This document shows, in pieces, positions 36,124 through 44,483 of a stretch of DNA of 64,000 nt; position 1 is the first letter of the stretch; each line of letters opens with the position of its first letter. The position numbers were made by a program, and so were the translations under genes. The notes beneath the pieces are model-generated. The model was given only the letters and a program-made list of their open reading frames with translations, was not told the origin of the DNA and ran no database searches. This DNA comes from Deltaproteobacteria bacterium. Lineage in GTDB: Bacteria > Myxococcota_A > UBA796 > SXON01. The DNA lies in contig CANLGL010000001.1 of NCBI GenBank assembly GCA_947490345.1, forward strand, positions 17,399-81,398. The letters run 5' to 3'.

Positions 36124-37239
36124 TCAGGGAGCGTAGTCGACCAGGCAGACGGAGCAATATGGTTTGGACGTATCGTAGGCGATGACGATGCGATCGGAGA
36201 ACGCGGGGACATGGGGTCGATTCCCAATTGACGCGACTCTTCGCTGGAGGTGCCGATGGCGTGGGCTCGCCGCGTCCCAAACCCACGAATCGAGCGTGCC
36301 CACCTCGCCGGAGACCGGCGGCAGCGAGATCGTCCGCCAGCACCAGAAGCTGAGCGCCGGCAGCGAAGGGATCACGGCACGCATCGGCATCGCATACCCG
36401 CGGTCCACGCGGGAGCGTACAACCGCGGCCTCCGTCACTTCGAACGCTGCGTCCAGGCGGACCTGTTGTATGACGCTTGCGGCCGACGGGGCCAAGGTCG
36501 ACGGGACCAACAACACGTACGGCTCTGCCGCTGTAGCCTCGTAGTAGGCCGAGCCGCCGTTCGCCATTGGGGTCCCCGCCAGCAACCCCAGCGGATCCGT
36601 CACCATCCCGACCGCAACGTCGGGGAGGGACGGGTCGGCGGCGGTTGCCTCCACCAACGTCAACTCCTCGCCCGCCCTGGCCGGGGGGAACGTCTTGAAA
36701 AAAATCACCACACCGGTGGGCGTTTCGCACATGAACAGGTCGTTCGTGGCGACGTTTGTGGCTGCGGCGACCGAGCGGTATAGGCGGGTGGGTCCGGTGA
36801 CCACGGCGAGCGAGTCGTCCAGGGTGAGCAGTCCGATTCCGACCCCGTCGGCGCCGTCGGCCATGGAAAAGGCAATCCAGTGGCGCCCGTGGGCATAAAT
36901 GTGCCAATGATCCGCATGCGAGGTGGGCGTGCGGAATGCGCTATCCACGGGAAACTGGGCCAGGGCGTCGGTCAAGGCGAGCACCTGCTGCCAGTCCGTC
37001 TCGGTGAGGGTGCCCACGTCGTCGATCGCGCAGCGGACGACGAAGATCCCGCCACCCTGCGTCCGCTCACCTGACCACACCGGCGCCTCCCCGCCGTCAT
37101 CGACAGCGAAGAGCCAGAGTTGAACACCGGGTACCCGAACGGTGGTGAAACTCGCGAGGTCGATTGGCTCGTCCACCCACCCGGGGAGGATCGGCCCCAC
37201 AGGTCCACCCGCGTCCACTCGACCGGGTACGACGATCAT
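36124..37239 (-). CDS. Hypothetical protein (371 aa), third gene of the small-protein operon
   Basis: ATG at 37239 overlaps the upstream stop (ATGA). Beta-rich sequence with no signal peptide. No motif recognised. Confidence 0.6.
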   Translation of the reverse strand: MIVVPGRVDAGGPVGPILPGWVDEPIDLASFTTVRVPGVQLWLFAVDDGGEAPVWSGERTQGGGIFVVRCAIDDVGTLTETDWQQVLALTDALAQFPVDSAFRTPTSHADHWHIYAHGRHWIAFSMADGADGVGIGLLTLDDSLAVVTGPTRLYRSVAAATNVATNDLFMCETPTGVVIFFKTFPPARAGEELTLVEATAADPSLPDVAVGMVTDPLGLLAGTPMANGGSAYYEATAAEPYVLLVPSTLAPSAASVIQQVRLDAAFEVTEAAVVRSRVDRGYAMPMRAVIPSLPALSFWCWRTISLPPVSGEVGTLDSWVWDAASPRHRHLQRRVASIGNRPHVPAFSDRIVIAYDTSKPYCSVCLVDYAP

Positions 37240-38516
37240 CGCCCGCCCCACATCTCGAAGGGGTGGAGGCTCGCGATGCCCCACCCATCGTCGCCGCAGG
37301 CTTCGGTAAACGTGGACGCCAGCAGCGACACCTCCCCGCTCGGCGGCCGCCTCGGCACGAGCCCTCGGCCCTGATATTCAGACCAGAACACAAGAGCTGC
37401 GTCCGCTCGTGAATAGGACCCGGGTTCGATGACGAACAAGTACTGAGGTTGTTTATGGGGATAGCCAGGCTCGGTAGACAATGGGGGGTCGGTTTCGATC
37501 AACTCTGGGCGAGCGTCGCCCTCGGTGTCGACTGCGGTGGCCCACAACGATTCCTCCACCGTCATGAACACGGCTGGGCCCGACGCCCCACCCTCCCACA
37601 CCGTCACGCCATGAACTCCGCCACGATCTGGCGCGCTGAAGCCTGACGTCACCATGTCGGCTGTTCCATCCCCGGTCAAATCCGTCGGCGAGTCGAACAG
37701 ATTCGCACCCTGAAACAGCACCCCTTCGGCCGCGTCGACGAAGAGGGCGCCGGAAACGGGGCCGTGGAACACGCTGGCCGGTTGGGCCGCGTCGGTCAAA
37801 AGGAGGTCGTCGACGCCGTCGCCGTTGACGTCGCCGGCGAAAATATAGCCCAACATCTTGACCGGTTCGTCGCCAAACCACGCGTCCGCGTCCGTCGGCG
37901 TGTACCGGCCCGGCGCCGGGCCGTGGAATAGGGCGAGGTCCGATCCTATGGGATAGCCGTCACCCCACTCCCAAGTGAGCACTGCGAAATCGGGCACGTC
38001 GTCGCCGGAAAGGTCGTTGGCACCTAAGGCGTCGACCACCTTATCTCGAGTGTCCGGGTTGGTTGTGTAGACCAACCAGGGATCCGCCTCGCCGGGCCGA
38101 ACGGCACGCACTTCCTCGTCGAGGTCAATCATGTACCCATCGGTCGTAGGTGCGAGGAACGACATGCGCTCCTCGCCCGCGTCGCGGGCGAACGCGCTCA
38201 GGTTCCATTCGGCTTGCACGCCCGAGATGACATCTGACCACTCCAACAGATCGCCCGATTCGGCGGAACGCAGGACGACCGTGCCGTCGCCAGCTACGCC
38301 CCAGGTGGGGTCAGCGCCCGGTGCCCCGGGTGCCGCGCACAAAACGTCGGTCGCGTTGGCCGCGTCGAACTCGCAGTTGACCCCGGTGGTGCAGGGGCAG
38401 GAGAGCCCGTAACAGGACTCCGCGGTGTCAGCGACGACCGGCTCCGGCACCGTTGGCGCCGGGCAGCCGGTGAGGGCGGCTAGGGCCGCCGCCTCAGCAC
38501 GAATAGATGTCCACAT
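37236..38516 (-). CDS. Lipoprotein with FG-GAP/VCBS-like repeats
   Basis: Lipobox in MWTSIRAEAAALAALTGC. Repeats GDVNGDGVDDLLL, DLTGDGTADMV and DLSGDDVPDFAV. The N-terminal region is Cys-rich. Confidence 0.7.
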   Translation of the reverse strand: MWTSIRAEAAALAALTGCPAPTVPEPVVADTAESCYGLSCPCTTGVNCEFDAANATDVLCAAPGAPGADPTWGVAGDGTVVLRSAESGDLLEWSDVISGVQAEWNLSAFARDAGEERMSFLAPTTDGYMIDLDEEVRAVRPGEADPWLVYTTNPDTRDKVVDALGANDLSGDDVPDFAVLTWEWGDGYPIGSDLALFHGPAPGRYTPTDADAWFGDEPVKMLGYIFAGDVNGDGVDDLLLTDAAQPASVFHGPVSGALFVDAAEGVLFQGANLFDSPTDLTGDGTADMVTSGFSAPDRGGVHGVTVWEGGASGPAVFMTVEESLWATAVDTEGDARPELIETDPPLSTEPGYPHKQPQYLFVIEPGSYSRADAALVFWSEYQGRGLVPRRPPSGEVSLLASTFTEACGDDGWGIASLHPFEMWGGR

Positions 38517-38877
38517 TGCCGCCCGCCGCGATGCCAAGGAGCACGTTGTCCGCCGCGTTGTTGTAGGCCAGATAGCCGAACCGGATGAGTTGCTTTCCGG
38601 TGGTCGCCGCCGAGATGTCCGTCCTCACACCCCGATGAAAGCCGTCTGCCGTCGGCGCGTTTCCGATGGCCACCGCCGGCTCGACCTCGGTTTCGGAGTT
38701 CGCCACCTGGTATGCGAAGCGCCGCTTTGCGTCGGCTTGCATCGCGGCCACCTCGTACATCGCCCGAACCCACTTGACGTCACTGGCGTCAATCCACGCC
38801 GTGCGCGGTACGAACTTCGCGTTGGCCTCATTGCGGAACAGGTGGACGGAGCCCCAAGACAGTGTCATGCGTTTCAT
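38494..38877 (-). CDS. Small hypothetical beta-rich protein P1 (127 aa), first gene of a three-gene operon
   Basis: AGGAG lies 10 nt upstream of the ATG at 38877 (MKRMTLSWGSVHLF...). Third-position G/C is relaxed relative to neighbours. The 3' end overlaps the lipoprotein start by 23 nt. Confidence 0.65.
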   Translation of the reverse strand: MKRMTLSWGSVHLFRNEANAKFVPRTAWIDASDVKWVRAMYEVAAMQADAKRRFAYQVANSETEVEPAVAIGNAPTADGFHRGVRTDISAATTGKQLIRFGYLAYNNAADNVLLGIAAGGNVDIYSC

Positions 38878-38990
38878 CAGGTTTATACTCCTCATCAAAC
38901 GCTAAGCCCCCCCTCCCCTCCGAGCGCCAGACGAATGGCGATGGCGGTAATCTAGATTACGTTTGATGGTTGCGGGGCACGTCGCCCCCG

Positions 38991-40511
38991 TCACAACCCA
39001 TACCCCCCAAGCCGCTCCCGCAGGGGCGCCAAGACCTCCGCATACCGACGCCAGCGCCCCACACTTCCCGTGTGCATCTTCTCCCGCACCTGCAAGATCG
39101 ACGCGGTGCGGACGACGCGCTCCACCTTCTCGGGCGCCAGCACGCGTGCGTCCCACGGAAGCCCCGCAAACGCGGCGATCTCGCGAAGCTCGGTCTCGGG
39201 CGCCGACACCAGGTCCTCGTACCGCACCACGCACAACGGCATCGGCGCCTCCTCCAGCCACCGCGCGGTGACCCGCGCCGAAGCCGCGGCCATGGCCGCG
39301 AGCCCCTCCCAGGTCGACGTCCACGCGTGCGCCGGGCCGAAGGCCTGCTGCCAGCACGACAACAGCGTGTCCATGGGGTCGCGCTGCATGATCACCGCGC
39401 GGGCGTCGGGCAACAGCTGCGCGGCCAGACCTAGGCGGAAGAGGTTGTCGGGCATCTTGTCGGTCACGACGGAGGCTGCCCCACCGCCCGCTGCCGCTCG
39501 CCACATCGCTGCACCCTGGGCGGCGCCGCGATGCACGTTCGCCGCGCACGCCGGCCACGGGGAACCGAGCGCCTCGCCGAAGCGGAGCGCCAGCCGGCGC
39601 AACTCGTCTCGCTCCCCCGCGGCGTGCACCACTGGATGAGCGGCCAGGGCCTGCTCACAGAGGCTGGTGCCCGAGCGGGGCAGGCCGACGATGAACAGCG
39701 GGCGGGGTCCGACGGCCGGCGGCGGCGCCGGAAAGCGCGCCCCCACGGGGTAGGCGATGAGAATGTCGTCGGCCAGGGCGAGGATCGCCGCCGGATCGAC
39801 GCTGACGCCCCGCGCGAGGTGCATCGCCCCGAAGGCCGCCGCCGCCGCCGGCACATCGTCCATCCGATCGAGCAGCAGTGCCTGGGCATGGTGCAGGAGC
39901 GCCCGATGGGTCGGTGCGCAGGTCGTGAGCGCCCGTTCCACGAGGCCGATCGCCTCGGCGGGGCGACCGGCCGCCCCGCACGCGCGGGCTCGCGCCATCG
40001 CCAGAGCGGGCACGGGGGCGCCGGTCCAGGTGTCGAGCATCTCGATGGCCTCGCCTGCCTTTCCCGACAGCGTGCGCACCGTCGCGCGTGCGGCGAGGAC
40101 CTCGGCGTCGGCGCCGCCTCCGAGTCGGGTCGCGGACTCCAACTCGACCTCGGCCTCGACGAGGCGGCCTTCGTTGAGGAGGAAGACGCCGAATGCGGCG
40201 TGGGTGCGGGCGCCGGGTCGAGCCGCCAGGGCCGCGCGGAAGGCCGTCTCGGCGGTGTCCATTCGCCCGAGGGCGGCCGCGGCGCGTGCTCGTAGTCCCT
40301 CTACGATCGCGATGGCAGCGGGCGCACGGACGAGCCCGCGCGCTTTCTGCGCTGCTTCCCACGCTTCGGCCGGGCGTCCGTCCGCCAGGAGCGACTGCCC
40401 GAGGCCCACCCAGGCGTCGGCGTCCTGGGGGACGCGCGCAGACCGTTCCGCAAAGGCGCGCGCGGCCTCGGCGTAGCGGCCGCTCGTGTAGAGCGCCGCG
40501 CCGTCAGTCAC
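38991..40511 (-). CDS. TPR-repeat protein fused to a sulfotransferase domain
   Basis: The N-terminal ~270 aa are TPR-like. They are followed by the PAPS-binding loop FIVGLPRSGTSL and further sulfotransferase-family blocks (TDKMPDNLFRLG, VVRYEDLV). Confidence 0.75.
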   Translation of the reverse strand: MTDGAALYTSGRYAEAARAFAERSARVPQDADAWVGLGQSLLADGRPAEAWEAAQKARGLVRAPAAIAIVEGLRARAAAALGRMDTAETAFRAALAARPGARTHAAFGVFLLNEGRLVEAEVELESATRLGGGADAEVLAARATVRTLSGKAGEAIEMLDTWTGAPVPALAMARARACGAAGRPAEAIGLVERALTTCAPTHRALLHHAQALLLDRMDDVPAAAAAFGAMHLARGVSVDPAAILALADDILIAYPVGARFPAPPPAVGPRPLFIVGLPRSGTSLCEQALAAHPVVHAAGERDELRRLALRFGEALGSPWPACAANVHRGAAQGAAMWRAAAGGGAASVVTDKMPDNLFRLGLAAQLLPDARAVIMQRDPMDTLLSCWQQAFGPAHAWTSTWEGLAAMAAASARVTARWLEEAPMPLCVVRYEDLVSAPETELREIAAFAGLPWDARVLAPEKVERVVRTASILQVREKMHTGSVGRWRRYAEVLAPLRERLGGYGL

Positions 40512-40523
40512 GCGGCTTCCGGC

Positions 40524-41507
40524 TCACTCGCCTGCGGGCTTCGGCACCTTCTCGGTGCGGATCGGTTTCTGCCCGGGGCGGCCGATCGGCGCGAGCCTGC
40601 CGGGCGGCGTCATCGTCGCCGGGGGGCCCTTGCTGGCCTCCTTGATCTCCTTGAGCTCGACGTCGAAGACCAGGTCCCCCGACGGCGCGCCGGGGCGCTT
40701 CGCGGTTTCGCCGTACGCGAGATCGGCGGGAATCCAGAAGCGGGTCTTCTCGCCGACCACCATCAATTGCAGGCCCTCCGTCCAGCCCGGGATCACCCGG
40801 CCCAGCGGGAAGCTGGCGGGCTTGCCTCGCGACACCGAGCTGTCGAACATGGTGCCGTCTTTCTGCCAGCCGGTGTAGTCGACGACCACCACCGACTCCT
40901 TGTTTGGCTTCTCCTTGCCGGTGCCCTTCTGGAGCACCTTGTAGGACAGCCCGGACTTGGTCTTTTTGGCCCCCTTGCCTGGTGCTGCCACGTCTTCAGG
41001 GGCCGGGATCGGCTTCGGCGCGGGGGTGATCGACACCAGCTCGACGTCAAAGACCAGCATGCCGGCGGGCTTCCCAGCCTTTCCCTTGTACGCGAGCGCC
41101 TCGGGAATCCAGAAGCGCGTCTTTTCCCCCACGACCATGAGCTGCAGGCCTTCCGTCCACCCGGCAACGACGCGCTCGACCGCGAACGAGGTCGGCTTTC
41201 CCCGCTTGGTGGACGAGTCGAAGGCCTTACCGTCCGTCGTCCAGCCGGTGTAGTTCACCGTCACCTTGTCCTTGAGGGCCGGGCGCTCCGTACCGGTTCC
41301 GGGCGAGAGCACCTTGTAGGCCAACCCGGACGTGGTGGTGGTGGCGTCGGCGGGGGCCGCCGCGACATCGGGCGGCGGAGGGATGTCGAGCGCCGGCTTT
41401 TCAGCTTTTCCGGCTTTTCCCTCGGTTGCGACGACGGGGGCGTCGGCCGCAGGAGCAGGGGAATCAGCGGTGGAACAGGCGAGGGCAAGGAGCGCGAGGA
41501 ACAACAT
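40524..41507 (-). CDS. Lipoprotein with two tandem FKBP-type peptidyl-prolyl isomerase domains
   Basis: Lipobox in MLFLALLALAC. Two copies of V(T/V)V(N/D)YTGW...GK.FDSS...V(V/I).GWTEGLQLMVVGEKTRFWIP...AYG. Confidence 0.9.
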   Translation of the reverse strand: MLFLALLALACSTADSPAPAADAPVVATEGKAGKAEKPALDIPPPPDVAAAPADATTTTSGLAYKVLSPGTGTERPALKDKVTVNYTGWTTDGKAFDSSTKRGKPTSFAVERVVAGWTEGLQLMVVGEKTRFWIPEALAYKGKAGKPAGMLVFDVELVSITPAPKPIPAPEDVAAPGKGAKKTKSGLSYKVLQKGTGKEKPNKESVVVVDYTGWQKDGTMFDSSVSRGKPASFPLGRVIPGWTEGLQLMVVGEKTRFWIPADLAYGETAKRPGAPSGDLVFDVELKEIKEASKGPPATMTPPGRLAPIGRPGQKPIRTEKVPKPAGE

Positions 41508-41596
41508 CGCGGCGCGCTATCACATCAAAACGCGGCGCGCGGCACTTGCGCAGCGAAGACCCGTGTAATAGCCGCGCCAACTCTTCGAGGCACCTC

Positions 41597-42325
41597 ATGA
41601 TCCGTTTCCTGCTTCCTGCCATCCTCCTCGCCGGCTGCGCGCCCAGCGGCATCTTCATGATCACGGTCCCCTACGCCGAAGGCTCGCTCGACTGCGCTGA
41701 GAGCCTCGACGAGAACTTCAGCGACGGGTACGAGCCCGACGGTGGCGGCGGCGGCAACGACCCGTGGACCTACGACAGCACCTTCGTCGGTGCTGACGCG
41801 ATCATTTTCTTCCACATCTCCCCGACCGGCGATGGTGCGGTGCTCACCTGGGGCAACGCCCCCTACCCCGGCGTTGCCGAGGGCGACGGCTGGACCTTCA
41901 GTTGGACCACGCACAGCGAGTCCGAGGAGCTGTCCGAACATGAGGACGGCTACGAGTACAACGAGTACAGCGTCAGCGATTCCACCGTTGACATCCACAT
42001 CGGGCAGGCGCTCTTCGCCGAGCTCGGCGGCACGGTGTCGGGCACCAGCAAGTCCGAGACAACCTGGGAAGAGAACGACGAGTGGGACATGGACGAGATC
42101 GGTTTTGGTAGCGGCCAGATTCCGTCGTCGACCTACCTGGTCTACAAGGACAGCGGCGACCTGTACCCCCAAGGCAACGACAGCGAAGAAGACGAGTGTG
42201 ACGACAAGCTCTGCTTCATCACCAAGACCGAAGAGTGCACCCAGTCGGCACAGGCGTTCAACGCCACCAAGGTCGAGGGGAACGACGTCCTGATGTACAA
42301 CGACAGCTACGACGACAGCCAGTAG
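41597..42325 (+). CDS. Acidic hypothetical lipoprotein
   Basis: ATG at 41597 with lipobox in MIRFLLPAILLAGC. Asp/Glu-rich with no recognised domain. Confidence 0.65.
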   Translation: MIRFLLPAILLAGCAPSGIFMITVPYAEGSLDCAESLDENFSDGYEPDGGGGGNDPWTYDSTFVGADAIIFFHISPTGDGAVLTWGNAPYPGVAEGDGWTFSWTTHSESEELSEHEDGYEYNEYSVSDSTVDIHIGQALFAELGGTVSGTSKSETTWEENDEWDMDEIGFGSGQIPSSTYLVYKDSGDLYPQGNDSEEDECDDKLCFITKTEECTQSAQAFNATKVEGNDVLMYNDSYDDSQ

Positions 42326-42345
42326 CGTCGCCTCAGGGCGGCGCC

Positions 42346-42369
42346 CGCCGTCCTCCGGAGGGGACGGCG
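42346..42369 (+). terminator. GC-rich hairpin downstream of the lipoprotein gene (no U-tract)
   Basis: CGCCGTCC-tccggagg-GGACGGCG lies 21 nt after the stop codon. Confidence 0.3.
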
Positions 42370-42423
42370 CGGTAGGGGGGAACCGCGAAGCGGTGCCCCC
42401 CCTCTCACAAGGAAGCGGTGCCC
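42367..42423 (+). repeat. Short REP-like element, copy e1
   Basis: GCGCGGTAGGGGGGAACCGC-gaa-GCGGTGCCCCCCCTCTCACAAGGAAGCGGTGCCC. GTAG is followed by a 12-bp stem with one mismatch. Confidence 0.7.
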
Positions 42424-42889
42424 GCGGTCAAGCACCGGCGTGGAGGAGGCGGCTGGAGAAGATGTGCTTGCCCGGCAGCGCGTGGCCGCGATCCGCCGCG
42501 CCGAGGCGCGGCGGGCCGAACCGCTTCGGAGCGCCGAGGCGGTGCCGACGGCGCTGCTCGCGGCGATCCTCGCGCGCCTGGAGATGGTGCCCCCGGCCGC
42601 CGGCGGCGCGCCCGCGTGGCTCGTCGAGGCGATCGGGAACCCGCTCACCTTCTTCTATGAGGCGGCCGTTGGTGTCAAGGTGAGAGTCGTTCTTTTTCCT
42701 CGGTGTTGAGCTGGGCGCGCGGGGGCTGGGGCCCTGCGCTGGTTGCCGTTCGCCCCGGTTGCCGGTCTTTGTCGTGGGGGCCTCCACGGTCGCCGTTGGC
42801 GGTCGCCGGGTGCGGTGCTGGCAACCCGCCTTGGCGGACGCTGTTCTTCTTCGGCGCCTTCTTCGACGAGGTCGTCCCGTTGCCCACGC

Positions 42890-43378
42890 TGTCGACGACG
42901 CCGGACTGGTCGCGTCGCGGGACCAGTCCCAGGTAGGCCGCAGCGGTTCGGCCGTCGGGAAAGCGTGGCGGGTCCTCGATCGTCAAGACGAAGGCGAGCG
43001 CCGTGACGGGGCCGACGCCGCGCACCTGGCGCACGATACGCCCCTCCGGGAACTGGGTCTCCAGCATGGCCTCAAGTTGGGCGTCGTCCCGACTGCGAAG
43101 CACGGTGAGGCCGAGCTCGCGGGCCTCGGAGCGGTGCTCGATCGGGTGCAGAAGCGTCGCGTCTGCGCAGGCCAGCTTCGCCGGGTGACCCAGCCCGACT
43201 GCGCCCCGGCCTCCATCGCGACCTTCGCAAAGCCTTTTCCTTCAAAAGCCTCTCGGACTCCCTCGGGGGTCATCGAGAATTCGAACCAGCCCACCACCAC
43301 CCCTGGCGTGTAGATGCAGGCCACGGAAGTGCGGTCCCCGAGATCGACGCCGACGGTGCAGGTGCGATGATCGTTCAT
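42890..43378 (-). pseudogene. Decayed IS110-family transposase (frameshifted, internally deleted, C-terminally truncated)
   Basis: The N-terminal piece is MNDHRTCTVGVDLGDRTSVACIY...KVAMEAGAQSGW. After a frame change near 43195, the Transposase_20-like piece is VRGVGPVTALAFVLTIEDPPRFPDGRTAAAYLGLVPRRDQSG. About 100 aa of the catalytic domain and the C-terminal ~70 aa are missing. Confidence 0.7.
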
Positions 43379-43739
43379 GGCCGGTGACTCTGTTGAGCTT
43401 CGCTCTATTCAGGATGCACAATGTGCTCCGCGTGGAGCACCGGCCGCCTCATCCATCTTTCCTCGGGGGAGAGATGTGAGCGCGCGGGGCGGTGGCGCGG
43501 GTAAGTCGCAACTCGGCGGGCGCTTCGTTGGCAGGCGCAGGTGGCGGAGTGGTCCTTCGTCGGGATGTGCTGGCCGGGTCAGCGCCACCCCGCCACTCGC
43601 TTCTGTACCGCGCGCGCGACCGAAGCTGTCGCGAGGAAGAAAAGGTGCTTAGAGCGAGTGGCGTCCCGACACGATTGTGCTACGGTGAGCGCAGCTGGGG
43701 TTCACGCGCTTGGGTTCACCACCCAACACAGAGCGTACG

Positions 43740-44129
43740 ATGTCCTGTACTGATTCCAAGACCCTCGGCCCCATCCCCGTCTGGTCCAACAAGACGAACA
43801 ACACGTGGTTGTTCCATCCACTTTCGGCGCCGCAGCCGTCGACCGGTGTGAACTTCGCCAGACCCACCCTCGAGGTTGCCCAGTCTAGCGGCGCGATCAA
43901 AGTGCGTCCCGTGGTCCGGTACTCCAACGACATGCAGACGTGGGATGGGCCGTTCGCGATCGACGCCGCGAACATGACGCAGACCAACGACGGCGTGAAG
44001 TTCGGTACGTTCACCGACATCCAGGGTGGCGCCAAGAACTTCCTCCAGTGGGGGGTGGAGGTGACCGACAGTGCGGGCACCCCCACCGAACTCGCGATGG
44101 TCAGCCTTCGCGTCGACACCAAGGCCTGA
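43740..44129 (+). CDS. Small hypothetical beta-rich protein P2 (129 aa), first gene of a three-gene operon
   Basis: ATG at 43740 (MSCTDSKTLGPIPVWSNK...). Composition is more A/T-containing than the surrounding DNA. Weak by-eye similarity to P1 at 38494..38877. Confidence 0.6.
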   Translation: MSCTDSKTLGPIPVWSNKTNNTWLFHPLSAPQPSTGVNFARPTLEVAQSSGAIKVRPVVRYSNDMQTWDGPFAIDAANMTQTNDGVKFGTFTDIQGGAKNFLQWGVEVTDSAGTPTELAMVSLRVDTKA

Positions 44130-44132
44130 CCG

Positions 44133-44483
44133 GTGGTCGCCCCCAATTGGGTGTACACTGGCGCCGCGAGCGCGGGGTCGGTGGTGACGCGTCTGGGGCC
44201 TGCGGTGGCTGCCACGACTCCGTGGTCGGCCGTGGTCGCGCTGGCGGCTCGCGTCGACAAGCATGGCGACATGACCTGCAGCGAACTTGCAGACGACCAT
44301 GCTAGCCATAAGAAAATGGAAGCGTTTGCCGACTCCATCAAGGAGACAGACCCAGAGCTGTCGGCCGCGATCCTCGAGCTGAGCCGGGCGGGCCGAAACG
44401 AGGTCGTAAGCCTCGCGTGCGCAAAGGGCTGCACCTGGGCGAAGGCCCTCGACCTGTGCCATGGCTCGGACCGCAACAGCTGA
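44133..44483 (+). CDS. Small hypothetical protein with a C-terminal Cys/His cluster
   Basis: GTG lies 3 nt after the P2 stop. The C-terminal half is MTCSELADDHASHKKMEAFADSIKETDPELSAAILEL...LACAKGCTWAKALDLCHG. An alternative ATG start lies at 44269. Confidence 0.45.
   Translation: MVAPNWVYTGAASAGSVVTRLGPAVAATTPWSAVVALAARVDKHGDMTCSELADDHASHKKMEAFADSIKETDPELSAAILELSRAGRNEVVSLACAKGCTWAKALDLCHGSDRNS

Noticed and set aside
42440-42709. An 89-aa plus-strand ORF (…AWLVEAIGNPLTFFYEAAVGVK…), considered as a real gene.
   Set aside because: It has good codon bias only up to about 42690, followed by an abrupt AT-rich tail. No start context or motif was found. It is most likely a 5' fragment of a gene truncated by the IS110 insertion, so it is mentioned under that finding and not called as a feature.
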